A stretch of DNA of 38,273 nt from a virus. This document shows, in pieces, positions 23,447-31,284 of this stretch (its first letter is position 1; every line of letters begins with the position of its first letter). The stretch is from positions 1 through 38,273 of the IMG/VR virus record IMGVR_UViG_3300045988_043012; one strand, written 5' to 3'. The notes beneath the pieces were generated by a model, which was not told where the DNA came from, made no database searches, and saw nothing but the letters and a program-made list of their open reading frames with translations. The position numbers and the translations under genes are program-made.

Positions 23447-24846
23447 ACGGCACCGCCGTGCTTCCCAAGGCTTTTTATAAGCGCCTTTTCGCGGTCAGAT
23501 AATGGCCAAATGATTTTCCCATCCGCTGACATGCGGGAGTTTTGCTGAGATTCAGAAATGGCAGCAAAAGGTGCGCTCATGACTTCCAATGCGGCTTCTT
23601 CTGCTTTGGATTTCTTAGCAGCTGCTGCCTCTGACAACAAAAAGCCGGCGCCAAAAATGGCCTTGCCTTTTTCCTTTTGGGCATCCAGAGCTCGTGTAAA
23701 TTGAAGATCCTCATCGGAAAAACACAATGACTGGCCATGCTTCGCAAGGTCAAAATCCTGAACGCATAAAACGTTGCGCGGATAAATGTACCCAGGGAGT
23801 TCAATGCGGGACTCGCCCCGGTTGCGCTTGTCAGCTTCATCTATCAAAGAAAACAACTCCCCGGAGATCTCCACACGCCACCCCCCCAAATTTGTGACAA
23901 AGGACGTATTGACGCGGGCACCGTTTTCGTACGTAACTGAGGCCGAAACGGGCACGTAGTTTGATTTTCCCGCATTTGTGGAAAACAGCGTCAGCGCTGG
24001 AGCAAACAAGAAGTAGCGGATGCCATGCTCATCAAAGAATCTGCAAATCTGCGAAAGAATAGAAAATGGCGGATTGTCGATCACCACGCAGCCTTCCGGG
24101 TAGTCCTCGTGCTCATAATCACCGCCCGGGTAAAACGGGCGGAGGATCTGAGCGTCACCCAGTTTATAATGCGATATAGCCCAATCCTTGACGGTGTCAT
24201 AAACGATCTCAGGAGTAAAACAATCATCCGTTGTTTTCTTGGCCTTAAACTTATCGGTAAACGCCTCGTATTCATCGGAGCTTTCGCCCTCCTCGTCGCC
24301 CCAGAAGTGCTTACCTTCCGGCTCCGCAGCTTTTCCGGGAGCAGCCCGGGTGTAGGCGTTTGCCTCGATGGCTTTCAGGCTCTCCGCGTCAAAACCGGCG
24401 ATCCCGGTGTCAAAGTTCAAAGCCTCCAGACCCTCCAGCTCGATTTTCAGCAGTTCCGTATCCCATGCTGCCGTCTCGCTCAGCCGGTTGTCTGCCAGAA
24501 TGTACGCCTTGCGCTGGGCCTCCGTCAGGTTGGTCACCAGCACGCAGGGCACCTCGCTCATGCCCTCCGCCCTGGCGGCCTCCACCCGGCCGTGGCCTGC
24601 GATGATGTTGTTGTCAAAATCGATAAGCACCGGCGTCACGAAGCCGAACTCCCGCAGGCTGGCCCGGATCTGGTTGATCTGCTTAACGCCGTGCTTCTTG
24701 GCGTTGTTTGCGTAGGGGATGAGATCGTCAATGGGAACCATGGTGAGCTGCTCCGCTGCGATCCGCACCGTCTGATTGTCTCTCGTCGGCGCCGGATTGA
24801 CGCCGCCCTTTCCGGCAGTCCCGCCGGGTGTCTTTTTCTTTGCCAT
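23443..24846 (-). CDS. ParB-N-domain fused to an N6-adenine DNA methyltransferase-like module
   Basis: ATG at 24846 after AGGAGGA. N-terminal ParB/Srx-like region (IIAGHGRVEAA, LTEAQRKAYILADN). DNPPF motif IV further on. The 3' half is AT-richer. Confidence 0.75.
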   Translation of the reverse strand: MAKKKTPGGTAGKGGVNPAPTRDNQTVRIAAEQLTMVPIDDLIPYANNAKKHGVKQINQIRASLREFGFVTPVLIDFDNNIIAGHGRVEAARAEGMSEVPCVLVTNLTEAQRKAYILADNRLSETAAWDTELLKIELEGLEALNFDTGIAGFDAESLKAIEANAYTRAAPGKAAEPEGKHFWGDEEGESSDEYEAFTDKFKAKKTTDDCFTPEIVYDTVKDWAISHYKLGDAQILRPFYPGGDYEHEDYPEGCVVIDNPPFSILSQICRFFDEHGIRYFLFAPALTLFSTNAGKSNYVPVSASVTYENGARVNTSFVTNLGGWRVEISGELFSLIDEADKRNRGESRIELPGYIYPRNVLCVQDFDLAKHGQSLCFSDEDLQFTRALDAQKEKGKAIFGAGFLLSEAAAAKKSKAEEAALEVMSAPFAAISESQQNSRMSADGKIIWPLSDREKALIKSLGKHGGAV

Positions 24847-24876
24847 GCTGATCCTCCTGTGATACCCGGCGCACAC

Positions 24877-25491
24877 GGCGACCCTCGCATGGCAGCCAGG
24901 GCCGCCGCAGGAGGATCAAACCCGCTGCGGCGCGAACGCCGCCGTGTGCGTCGGGGAAATGTGTCCGATTCGGACCGTGCCGCCCCACCGCGTCTACGTC
25001 AATACCCCGCGCATCCAGCGCAGGCCTTCGGCGCAGGCAGGGCGGCAGCTCCGGCTCATGACCCGGCCTCCGTGGTAGGTCACGGAGACCGGAAGGGAAG
25101 AAAGGATGAATACCGGCACAGGGGCCGGATCACAAGCCGGAGAAAACAAAAAGGCAAGGGCCGACGCGCACCGGTCTCCGGTACGTGCTGACTCTTGCCT
25201 TTCAGGCTTTTGGTCTATGCCATGTGATTCAATTCCCGCTGCGCGCTCGCAGCGTTTTGTGGCTTTTCGCTGCGCTCCCGCAGCGCCCTGGCCTCGTTGG
25301 TTTGCCTTGCCGGACTGCCGCCGAATCTTCGCCGAGATCTCCCGTGGGGAAAAAATCCCGCACGGAGGGGGGCCCGCGGTATTTCCGGCAGCGGTGAAAA
25401 CTTCAACAGGCCGGGGGGGAGGGTGCAAGGAACCCCGCAGGCGCGGGCCTGGGCTTCCGTGCGCCCAAGCGTTCGCCGATTTCCGCCGCAA
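24877..25491. other. 615-bp untranslated hairpin-dense spacer (candidate cos/packaging or RNA element)
   Basis: Only R/P/G-rich junk ORFs. Contains palindrome copy 6, tandem CGCTGCG..CGCAGCG hairpins (25237-25285), inverted repeats CGGAGACCGG/CCGGTCTCCG (25083-25092 and 25171-25180) and AAGGCAAG/CTTGCCTT. Confidence 0.5.
24963..24975. repeat. GTCCGAWTCGGAC palindrome copy 6
   Basis: GTGTCCGATTCGGACCG, intergenic, about 120 nt upstream of the ParB-MTase start. Confidence 0.95.
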
Positions 25492-25860
25492 TCAGCGCCG
25501 CCGAAGTGATCTGTTTTTGCTCATTTCCGCCGCAGTCTTGCGGCTGTGGCAGCGATGACAAAGGCTCTGGAGGTTGCCGGGATCCGTGAACACAGCCCAG
25601 TCGCCCTTGTGGTCCCGGATGTGGTCCACGTCCGTGGCCCTCGTCCGGATGCCATGCTGAGCACACTCACGGCACCACGGCTCCCGAAGGAGCTGCTCAC
25701 TGCGCAGCGTCTTCCAGTCCTGTGTCTGGTACATCCAGCGCCAGGCCTGCGCCTCCTGGCTCCGCTCCTTGGGCTTCGGCTGGTGCTCTGCGCAGTACCC
25801 GCCGGGCACCAGCCGATAGCAGCCCGGGTATAAACACGGTCTCAGCGGCTTCTGTGCCAC
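25492..25860 (-). CDS. HNH endonuclease (packaging-associated type)
   Basis: GTG start after GGAGGTGA. VDHIRDH...NLQSLCHRCHSRKT motifs. Confidence 0.88.
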   Translation of the reverse strand: MAQKPLRPCLYPGCYRLVPGGYCAEHQPKPKERSQEAQAWRWMYQTQDWKTLRSEQLLREPWCRECAQHGIRTRATDVDHIRDHKGDWAVFTDPGNLQSLCHRCHSRKTAAEMSKNRSLRRR

Positions 25861-25920
25861 GGGCTATCACCTCCGGGTAAAAACAAAAGCGCCGGACCCA
25901 ATAACGCCCCCTCCGGGGAG

Positions 25921-26121
25921 TCATTGGCTCTGGCGCTTGACGCTCTGGCCTTCGTCGATATCCAGGATCACCTCGCTGTGGCACGTCCGGCAGTAGACCG
26001 GCAGGCCTCTCGCCCTGGTGGCGTCTGTGATCCTCAGCAGTCGGTGGTTGCGCTTGCAGATCGGGCAAGTCAACCATCCGTCCTTTGTGCTTATTTTATC
26101 ACCGTTTCTGGCTGGAATCAA
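25921..26121 (-). CDS. Cysteine-rich KTR-type zinc-ribbon protein
   Basis: 66 aa. CPICKRN...LPVYCRTCH pattern. TTG start. Confidence 0.65.
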   Translation of the reverse strand: MIPARNGDKISTKDGWLTCPICKRNHRLLRITDATRARGLPVYCRTCHSEVILDIDEGQSVKRQSQ

Positions 26122-26182
26122 GGCTTTTCCCTCACTTTCTTGCGGTTGTCCGTAGATATTCCGTAGGTTTCAAGAGGATACG

Positions 26183-26196
26183 CTATCTATAGATAG
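26183..26196. promoter_or_regulatory. 14-bp perfect palindrome CTATCTATAGATAG in an AT-rich spacer
   Basis: Read directly. Lies in the 107-bp AT-rich gap immediately downstream of the HUH Rep-like gene. Confidence 0.6.
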
Positions 26197-26228
26197 ATAT
26201 ACTAAACTTTGTTATTAAAATAAAAGCG

Positions 26229-26936
26229 CTATTTTTCCGGGAGCAGATACCGGCTATACCCATAGAGCCCCCACCCGCCCAGCTGAGGCCGGTCCCGGCC
26301 CTGCATGGACAGCGGCGTGGCGCCCTTGGGCAGCCGCACCATGCCGCTCTTGCAGGTGGTCACCTCCGGAGGCGGAAGGTACTTACTCAGCGCCCGTGAG
26401 CAGCCCCACGGGTGGCGCCCCACCTCCGGAATCTCCTTGGTAAAATAGATCGCCAGCCCACGGTAGCCGCCCTCTGACAGCACCCGCGTCCGGTCCCAGC
26501 GCACATCGTAGGCATTGCCCCACGTCCGCCAGAGGTACTGTACCACGGCCGGCGGGAAGTCCCGATCCCGGAGAAACACGTGGATGTGGAGCCGGTGGTC
26601 ACCGTGAAGACCCTCCACCCGGTAAACGTAGTAGTCCACCGGTCCGCGCTGCCACCGCCTGAGACGCTTTGCAAATGCGTCCCAGATCCGATCCACCCCG
26701 GCCCGATCCGGCGGGAGGTGGTCATCGTCAAAGGTCAGCGTGTAAAAAATACCGTCATAGCCAAACAGCGCCAGCCGGAGTTCTAGCTTGTCAACGGTGG
26801 TGCGGCTGAGGGCCGGCCCGCACCGGCCCCGCACCGCCCCTGGCCCGTAGCGACGGAGATATCCGTAGTTGTCCGTTACCAGCGCCTTGACCAACGGCCC
26901 CGCCCGCTGCCTGACGCACACAAACGGATCAGTCAT
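26229..26936 (-). CDS. HUH-superfamily Rep-like (rolling-circle initiator-type) protein
   Basis: Motif I FYTLTF, motif II HIHVFL (HUH), motif III YFTKE (YxxK). ATG at 26936 overlaps the upstream stop. Confidence 0.65.
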   Translation of the reverse strand: MTDPFVCVRQRAGPLVKALVTDNYGYLRRYGPGAVRGRCGPALSRTTVDKLELRLALFGYDGIFYTLTFDDDHLPPDRAGVDRIWDAFAKRLRRWQRGPVDYYVYRVEGLHGDHRLHIHVFLRDRDFPPAVVQYLWRTWGNAYDVRWDRTRVLSEGGYRGLAIYFTKEIPEVGRHPWGCSRALSKYLPPPEVTTCKSGMVRLPKGATPLSMQGRDRPQLGGWGLYGYSRYLLPEK

Positions 26937-27219
26937 CGGCAGGAGGCTCCGCACGGCTCAGGCCCAGCGGCTTACTGTCGCCCTCCCCGCAGATGATCCC
27001 ATCCCGAAGGCTTTCCATCAAACGCTGCTTGAGTTTGAGGCAAAGATCCAGTTTTGCGCATTCCACATGCGTATCAACTGCCACACAGCCAGAATTACCA
27101 TACAACCGATGCTCAATGACCGTTGAGCGTTTTTCCGGGCAGTCCTTGCAATCTGCCAAGCCCATATACGGTACGCGGTCAATTTCTATTGGTTCATAAC
27201 TCATTTTTTCAGTTTCCAT
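26929..27219 (-). CDS. Hypothetical Cys-containing protein (96 aa)
   Basis: GGGAGG RBS with 6-nt spacing. No family recognised. Confidence 0.65.
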   Translation of the reverse strand: METEKMSYEPIEIDRVPYMGLADCKDCPEKRSTVIEHRLYGNSGCVAVDTHVECAKLDLCLKLKQRLMESLRDGIICGEGDSKPLGLSRAEPPADD

Positions 27220-27222
27220 GCC

Positions 27223-27561
27223 TTACCTCCCGTATTTGATCTTTTTCAGATCCGGGTATCTGTCCGGGAAACGGATCAGCTCCGCCTTCCCGTTGATAAT
27301 CTCCGCCAGCACCCGATCCATGTGCTCCTGTCGGACGTCCGCCTCCGGGTTTCGGCAGTCCAGCGCCGGTTTGTATTCCCGCTGAACGGCCACCCAGTTA
27401 TGGGTGATCCGCATGATCCGGTCATAGCCCCAGCCCTCCGTCTGGTGGAGGGCCATCTGGAGCGTGTCCATGGCAAACTGCATCGCCATCGCCGCCCCGG
27501 CGTTGAAGGTGGCGTCCAGCTCCGCCTCCCGCCGCTGTAAGTAAGCGGATTGTTTAGCCAT
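27223..27561 (-). CDS. Hypothetical protein (112 aa)
   Basis: The true start is probably the ATG at 27561 (MAKQSAYLQRREAEL). The track extension to 27669 overlaps another reading frame that looks genuine. Confidence 0.65.
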   Translation of the reverse strand: MAKQSAYLQRREAELDATFNAGAAMAMQFAMDTLQMALHQTEGWGYDRIMRITHNWVAVQREYKPALDCRNPEADVRQEHMDRVLAEIINGKAELIRFPDRYPDLKKIKYGR

Positions 27562-27805
27562 CCCCGCCGTCCTTTCTCTTGCCGTAGCTGCAAAAATCGT
27601 CCGGATGTTCACGGTCAAGATGGACTTCACACCATCCCGTTTTCGGTTTGTTGTATGCCCGACAATCATTGCACCGCGTCACGACCACGGCATCCACAGT
27701 AGGGCAAGCGTCAACTACTCAGCTTACTTCATCCAACGGGCAAAGTACAGCAAACTCATTGTCATATAGCATATCAACCAGTTTATCCGCATCAATCATC
27801 CGCAT
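27554..27805 (-). pseudogene. Cys-rich small gene interrupted by an in-frame TGA
   Basis: ATG at 27805 opens MRMIDADKLVDMLYDNEFAVLCPLDEVS. TGA at 27719-27721. The same frame then continues VVDACPTVDAVVVTRCNDCRAYNKPKTGWCEVHLDREHPDDFCSYGKRKDGGDG to the TAA at 27554. Confidence 0.6.
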
Positions 27806-28049
27806 GGTCAGCACCTCCGTCCATCTTGGCCCCGCAGTGGGGGCAGTATTTGTCTGGCAATAATCGAGCAAAAGCATATCCGCATACGCTGCAGGCCTTA
27901 AATCTGTCTGTTACTTGCCACGCTCCATGCACCACCGGGGCCACGTCGGCGGCGGGAATACTGTTGATCTCCTTCGTGCAGATTTCTGGATTTTCGTACC
28001 GACGTGTGATTAGATCAATCACAGTTTTTCGCTTGATGTATTCAGCCAT
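27792..28049 (-). CDS. Zinc-ribbon protein, paralog-like of the interrupted gene
   Basis: AGGAGGG lies 6 nt before the ATG at 28049. IPAADVAPVVHGAW...CSVCG...CPHCG. Confidence 0.7.
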   Translation of the reverse strand: MAEYIKRKTVIDLITRRYENPEICTKEINSIPAADVAPVVHGAWQVTDRFKACSVCGYAFARLLPDKYCPHCGAKMDGGADHADD

Positions 28050-28230
28050 TGTCAACCCTCCTGTTCCATTCTGTTTGCGTCGTTTGCTTGCTCGTGCTGT
28101 ATGTCATATCCTTTGGGCATCTATTGGGACATGCTACACACTCGCATCTATTGAGGCTGCTTGTCGTATTTTCCCGAAACGGGCATAAATGATTAAAGCA
28201 ATCCACTATTTCATCGCCTCCACATAGCAC
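28042..28230 (-). CDS. Possible Cys-rich mini-protein (62 aa)
   Basis: GTG start. CFNHLCPF...CECVACPNRCP. Overlaps both neighbours. Confidence 0.4.
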   Translation of the reverse strand: MLCGGDEIVDCFNHLCPFRENTTSSLNRCECVACPNRCPKDMTYSTSKQTTQTEWNRRVDNG

Positions 28231-28721
28231 CAGCTCTGGGGCGGGCGCTTAATTGTCACCGGCTCCGAGCCAAATTTCGTTTCACGCAGACGAGTAAACT
28301 CGTCCAACCCCTTCGGCTGGTCATAGATCAGCAGGTCGGAGATATGCCAGCCGTAACAACGCCCCTTATCGCCGATATAAGCTATAATTTCTGCCTGAGT
28401 TAAGCACGTCGCGGGGGAAAAGGCGGCATTTGTTGTACTACTTAACTCGCCGCCATCGTATGCAATAAGGGCGATTCTTTCACAGGTAAACTCCCCAATG
28501 ACCTTGCCATTACACCGACCAACGGTATTTGTGCGATAATTGAGCTTGTCCAGTTCCATGCAGGACACAGAAATGTAAGGGTGATCCATAGTGCAATAGA
28601 TATAGCACTTAAACGGCGTTGCGATATTTGGGCGTGTCTTCCGCACCTCAATCGTCTTTTCGCCGTTGACGATCTTCTTACACCACTTGGGGCGGATGCT
28701 CAGCATAACAGCCTTACTCAT
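28206..28721 (-). CDS. ASCH (PUA-like) domain protein
   Basis: The N-terminus LSIRPKWCKKIVNGEKTIEVRKTRP is typical of ASCH. Confidence 0.75.
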   Translation of the reverse strand: MSKAVMLSIRPKWCKKIVNGEKTIEVRKTRPNIATPFKCYIYCTMDHPYISVSCMELDKLNYRTNTVGRCNGKVIGEFTCERIALIAYDGGELSSTTNAAFSPATCLTQAEIIAYIGDKGRCYGWHISDLLIYDQPKGLDEFTRLRETKFGSEPVTIKRPPQSWCYVEAMK

Positions 28722-28749
28722 CCTTCATCGCCTCCATTCTGAGCTTCGC

Positions 28750-29019
28750 TCACGGCTTGCCCTCCCACGGGGTTTCAAGCCATTTTTTAATTTCCTTCCA
28801 AGTTTCGGGCATGGTCGAAATGCCAGCAATGTGTTTCATTTCTGCATCGCTCCGAAATTTGGAAAAGAGGCCGATCAATTCATTGTCCGTCATGCTCCGG
28901 ATCCGATCGGCGATGGTAACGGGCCACGTGCGATACGGGCACTTTTCGATTGCGGCGCATTTTTCAACGTCATAGCCCATCTGCATGGGGCAGTTTTCAC
29001 CAGTGCATTTTTTCATCAC
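28750..29019 (-). CDS. Hypothetical Cys-containing protein (89 aa)
   Basis: Overlaps the upstream stop. No family recognised. Confidence 0.6.
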   Translation of the reverse strand: MMKKCTGENCPMQMGYDVEKCAAIEKCPYRTWPVTIADRIRSMTDNELIGLFSKFRSDAEMKHIAGISTMPETWKEIKKWLETPWEGKP

Positions 29020-29711
29020 TTATCCTCCCTTATATCTCCGCCCCATTGCTCCGCCATGGCTCTGGCGATGCCGGGGAAGGTTTTGCTTCTGGTCCTTGCC
29101 GTGCGCGGGTCATTCCATCTCAGGGCTTTCCCTTTTTTATCTTTCGCATAATTCGCACTCGCACCTACACTGTATCCACCTGGTAAAATTTCTCCTGCGT
29201 CTACAATATTTGTCGGTTTCAAAGTGGGAAGGCTCTTTAACCACAGGCAAGTCTTTTTTCTTGCCTGGTGCCCGAACTCATAGGGCTGGATAATGCAATC
29301 CGGCTTGCGATAGTATGTAGACATATATCCGACCGGATTTTCTACCGCGATTTTACAAACGTTGGCATTTACAAATGCCAGGAAAAACGCCGCAGCTTCT
29401 TCCCGCAACTGCAACCGTCTGACCGCCTTTTCGCCATATCTTTCCGTGTTAAACCAGCGATTTCCCGTAACAGTTAGGTATGTGCACGGCGGGTGCGCGA
29501 TCAGTAGATCCCATTTGCCGACGTCATGCGTCTCCCCGTCTATGGTGGTCACTTGCCCCCCCTCGATGGCCTTGAGCGCATCGCCTAAGATGTGCCACTC
29601 AGGATGCCCGCCGGACGGCTCCTGAATGTCGCAGCTATACGCCTCGTGGCCCAGCGCCCGGAATGCCTTGCAGACTTCCTGCGATTCCTCGCAGGCTACC
29701 AGCACTTTCAT
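29016..29711 (-). CDS. C5-cytosine-methyltransferase-like protein lacking a canonical motif I
   Basis: ATG at 29711 (MKVLVACEESQ). PPC motif (IAHPPCTYL) and ENP/ENV-like motif (IAVENPVG). No FxGxG seen. Confidence 0.6.
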   Translation of the reverse strand: MKVLVACEESQEVCKAFRALGHEAYSCDIQEPSGGHPEWHILGDALKAIEGGQVTTIDGETHDVGKWDLLIAHPPCTYLTVTGNRWFNTERYGEKAVRRLQLREEAAAFFLAFVNANVCKIAVENPVGYMSTYYRKPDCIIQPYEFGHQARKKTCLWLKSLPTLKPTNIVDAGEILPGGYSVGASANYAKDKKGKALRWNDPRTARTRSKTFPGIARAMAEQWGGDIREDK

Positions 29712-30055
29712 TCCTCCACCTCCGCAAGCCAGAATTCCCGGCGGCAAATATCACAACCTCTTCCAGTCGGGCAATGTCCGCGTAACGTTGTATCAACAAG
29801 GCATGGGTCTAAAGCAACGTTATGTGTGTTCGTATATATTGGCGCATTTGGAAACTGTTCCAGAAACACGCTCTGGCGGTTTTTGGCGGGGTGCTCGGCA
29901 GCCCACTGCTCCGCAATGGCAACGGATTCCTCCGGGTGGTCGTATTGCCAGACCGTGCAAGGGTCTAATCCACTTCTTTTTTCATACTCACATTCGCGGC
30001 ACTCACCGTTGCACATTCTGCGCAACGTTTTCAAAAACTTTACAGCATCCATCAT
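29708..30055 (-). CDS. Hypothetical Cys-rich protein (115 aa)
   Basis: ATGA-coupled start at 30055. CNGECRECE and CPTGRGCDIC motifs. Confidence 0.6.
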   Translation of the reverse strand: MMDAVKFLKTLRRMCNGECRECEYEKRSGLDPCTVWQYDHPEESVAIAEQWAAEHPAKNRQSVFLEQFPNAPIYTNTHNVALDPCLVDTTLRGHCPTGRGCDICRREFWLAEVEE

Positions 30056-30567
30056 TTCATCTCCAGCGGTTCCGGTAGCGGCATCCAGTGCGTGACGGCG
30101 ATATCGGATCTGTCCCCAATGCCGATATGGACAGACCATGCCACCCTTTCAGGAGCGCACCAGCCCATATAGACACCCCATCTTTCGTGCCAATACGCGA
30201 CAACAAGGACATCGCTACGATCCTCCGGCAGCCGCTCCGTCACCGGGATCCACCGCCGTTCAAGCAGCTCCGCGCTCTCCTTGGTCACCAGCGCAGCCGC
30301 TTCCCGCAGTTGCTCGTTCTGCCCCCGCAGCTTCTCAATCTCCTGCTGGAGCGCCGCGATGTGGGTGCTCTGGTTGGCGATCCGGTCGGCTGCGGCAAGC
30401 CCCACCGCGTCAACATCGCAGGAGAGCCACTCCGTCAAATTGACTTTTCCCGCCAGATCTTCCGGGACCGGCTCCGTTTTGTAAAACGGACATTTCTTGC
30501 AGTCGCCCATTGGCCCGCCTGCTGTTGAAACGCATCTTAAGGCATTTACGAGTTCTTGATCTCTCAA
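30052..30567 (-). CDS. DUF551-domain protein
   Basis: C-terminal WIPVTERLPE...VTHWMPLPEP pattern. N-terminal Cys motif and coiled coil. Confidence 0.7.
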   Translation of the reverse strand: MRDQELVNALRCVSTAGGPMGDCKKCPFYKTEPVPEDLAGKVNLTEWLSCDVDAVGLAAADRIANQSTHIAALQQEIEKLRGQNEQLREAAALVTKESAELLERRWIPVTERLPEDRSDVLVVAYWHERWGVYMGWCAPERVAWSVHIGIGDRSDIAVTHWMPLPEPLEMK

Positions 30568-30962
30568 AACGGCAGCTCTCCTTCCTCATCTTCCGGGATC
30601 TCCCGGAAGTCCCCTGACGCAGGCGGCGTGTCCGATTCGGACCGCTTGCTGTCTCCGAAATACACATGCTCCGCCACCACTTCGGCGGAGCGCCGGTTGT
30701 TTCCGTCCTTGTCCTTCCAGTCCCGGAGCTGCAAGCGGCCCTCCACCACGGCCATGCGGCCCTTGGTGAAAAACTTGCTCACGAAGTCCGCCGTGGAGCG
30801 CCACGCCACGATGTCCACGAAGTCCGTCTCCTTCTCGCCGGACTGGCCCTTGTAGTCCCGGTCAACCGCCAGAGAGAAGGACGCCACGGCGGTTCCGTTT
30901 CCGGTGTGCCGGAGCTCCGGGTCGCGGGTCAGACGGCCCATCAGTACGATATGATTCAGCAT
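30564..30962 (-). CDS. ssb: Single-stranded DNA-binding protein
   Basis: Start at 30962 (MLNHIVLMGRLTRDPELR). OB-fold pattern and acidic tail EDEEGELPF. Confidence 0.9.
   Translation of the reverse strand: MLNHIVLMGRLTRDPELRHTGNGTAVASFSLAVDRDYKGQSGEKETDFVDIVAWRSTADFVSKFFTKGRMAVVEGRLQLRDWKDKDGNNRRSAEVVAEHVYFGDSKRSESDTPPASGDFREIPEDEEGELPF
30629..30641. repeat. GTCCGAWTCGGAC palindrome copy 7
   Basis: GTGTCCGATTCGGACCG, inside the disordered SSB tail (SESD). Confidence 0.95.
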
Positions 30963-31171
30963 GATTTGTCTCCTTTTTTCCAGCGGCCCGGCATATAGCG
31001 TCGCCGCCTGTCCTTGATATACTCTACCATGTCCTCCCGCTCTCTGTAGGACGGCCTGGCCGCCAGCTCCGCCTTGTGGATATTCTCGTAGTCTGCCCAC
31101 TTGGGGCAGACCGCCGGGTCATGGCACCCGGCCCGGCGATCAGGGCAGTTCAGGCACGGCGGCGCGGTCAT
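30956..31171 (-). CDS. Hypothetical Cys-rich protein (71 aa)
   Basis: ATGA-coupled start at 31171 (MTAPPCLNCPDRRAGCHDPAVCPKW). Confidence 0.55.
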   Translation of the reverse strand: MTAPPCLNCPDRRAGCHDPAVCPKWADYENIHKAELAARPSYREREDMVEYIKDRRRRYMPGRWKKGDKSC

Positions 31172-31284
31172 AAGGCCACGCCCTTTGCCGTCACCGTCAG
31201 CAGGATCACGGCAGCCACGGCGGCTGCCAAAGCCAGCACCGGGAGGACCCGGCTCCGGCGCTTCCCGCGCCCTGTGTATCTCAT
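31168..31284 (-). CDS. Small membrane protein (38 aa)
   Basis: Not in the track. AAGGAG RBS. ATGA overlaps at both ends. Product MRYTGRGKRRSRVLPVLALAAAVAAVILLTVTAKGVAL. Confidence 0.5.
   Translation of the reverse strand: MRYTGRGKRRSRVLPVLALAAAVAAVILLTVTAKGVAL

Noticed and set aside
24905-24935. tRNA-like T-arm (GGGTTTGATCC on the minus strand).
   Set aside because: There is no cloverleaf context, and the loop deviates from the TTCRANY consensus.
24994-25491. 165-aa minus-strand ORF filling the HNH to ParB-MTase spacer.
   Set aside because: Its composition is R/P/G/A-rich with no motif or RBS. The region is better explained as a structured non-coding spacer.
27562-27669. N-terminal extension of the 27223 ORF given in the track (MIVGHTTNRKRDG...).
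   Set aside because: It overlaps, in another frame, the much more protein-like C-terminal part of the TGA-interrupted gene. The internal ATG at 27561 is ATGA-type coupled to that frame's stop region.
27719-27721. Genome-wide TGA reassignment or selenocysteine as the explanation for the in-frame TGA.
   Set aside because: TGA clearly terminates many well-defined genes here (int, the 198-632 gene, capsid, parA and others). I see no convincing SECIS-like hairpin directly downstream. A local nonsense mutation, readthrough or sequencing error is more likely.
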